Source: Candidatus Lustribacter sp. (lineage in GTDB: Bacteria > Vulcanimicrobiota > Vulcanimicrobiia > Vulcanimicrobiales > Vulcanimicrobiaceae). Taken from it: a stretch of 64,000 nt of DNA. Location: assembly GCA_965277805.1 (NCBI GenBank), contig OZ255842.1, positions 2,560,001 through 2,624,000 of the forward strand. Direction: 5' to 3'. Positions 63,387 to 64,000 of the stretch are shown here, piece after piece. A model generated the notes under the pieces. That model was not told the origin of the DNA and made no database searches. It saw nothing but the letters and a program-made list of their open reading frames with translations. Each line of letters opens with the position of its first letter. Within the stretch, counting starts at the first letter, position 1. Both the position numbers and the translations under genes were made by a program.

Positions 63387-64000
63387 CTAGGTGACGATCG
63401 TCCGGCCCGCAATCGCACCCGCCGGACCGTCCCTAAGTACGATGTGGAGCGCGAGAGCGGTTCCGGCGTGCAGTACGTCGTCGCTATCGAGGGCGATCGA
63501 CGGTGCATCTTCGACGTCCATGCCGATGCCGTGCCCGAGTCCGTAACCGCTCGCAAAGGCCAGCAAGGCGTCGTCGTTTAGCGCTGTTTGCGCCGCGGCG
63601 GCGATCGTGCTGCCGCGCGCGCCGGCGATGGCCGCAGCTTCCATCGCATCGACCGCCGCGCGGGCGCGCGACGCAAGGTGCTCGGCCCGGGCGTTCGGCG
63701 TGCCGATTGCGAACGTTTGCGCGGCTTCGCTCCAATAGCGCTGAATTTCGACGCCCAAAAACAACATAACCGTGTCGCCGTCTTCAAGCCGGCGCTCGAG
63801 CGGCGGCGCGAGCTCGTTGTGGCCGGGGCCGCCCGAAGTGAGCATCCGCACGTCTTCCGCGCCGGCCAGCCGGATCGCGCGCTCGATCTGCGCAAAGGCT
63901 TCGCTCGTTGACGCGCCGGGGCGCAACAGCGTCGCGGCCAGGGCAAACGCGGCGTCGAGAACGCGCGAGGCCTTATGCGCGACGGAGAAGTCAGCCGCGT
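63387..64000 (-). CDS. M24 (Xaa-Pro peptidase/creatinase) fold protein, 5' truncated by window edge
   Basis: RPGASTSE, RRLEDGD, YGLGHGIGMDVEDAP. Confidence 0.75.
   Translation of the reverse strand, partial: AADFSVAHKASRVLDAAFALAATLLRPGASTSEAFAQIERAIRLAGAEDVRMLTSGGPGHNELAPPLERRLEDGDTVMLFLGVEIQRYWSEAAQTFAIGTPNARAEHLASRARAAVDAMEAAAIAGARGSTIAAAAQTALNDDALLAFASGYGLGHGIGMDVEDAPSIALDSDDVLHAGTALALHIVLRDGPAGAIAGRTIVT

Noticed and set aside
58338-64000. Genomic island integrated at tRNA-Asn
   Set aside because: No integrase and no duplicated tRNA 3' end seen in the window; cannot be excluded beyond the edge.

Overview
High-GC bacterial chromosomal window, densely coding with about 63 genes. The gene content and style suggest a soil lineage such as Ca. 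Eremiobacterota, but this is an impression and was not tested. Housekeeping content includes clpC, a SWIM-SNF2 ATPase, livHMGF, fabI, class Ia nrdAB (under a cobalamin riboswitch and two NrdR boxes), prpBCD, mce, a peptidoglycan-recycling operon (nagZ-hydrolase-anmK-kinase-murQ), RND and MacAB-type efflux and tRNA-Asn. The most unusual part is an ~12 kb divergent catabolic locus at 18.8-31.1 kb. It combines a Rieske oxygenase, a dihydrodiol-dehydrogenase-like protein, a C-C hydrolase-like protein, a bicupin, an orphan EutA-like ATPase without eutBC, and an ABC importer with three paralogous binding proteins. Other observations: a dispersed GTCATCCCGAGC palindromic repeat with one copy inside a reading frame, probable CTG starts in the recycling operon, a kinase with two H-boxes, a type III PKS/methyltransferase/flavin monooxygenase trio, a small metallothionein-like ORF, and two broken genes (anmK, aldehyde dehydrogenase) that may be assembly artefacts. 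No CRISPR array, integrase or transposase was seen. All functional calls come from motif recognition by eye; no database search was run.
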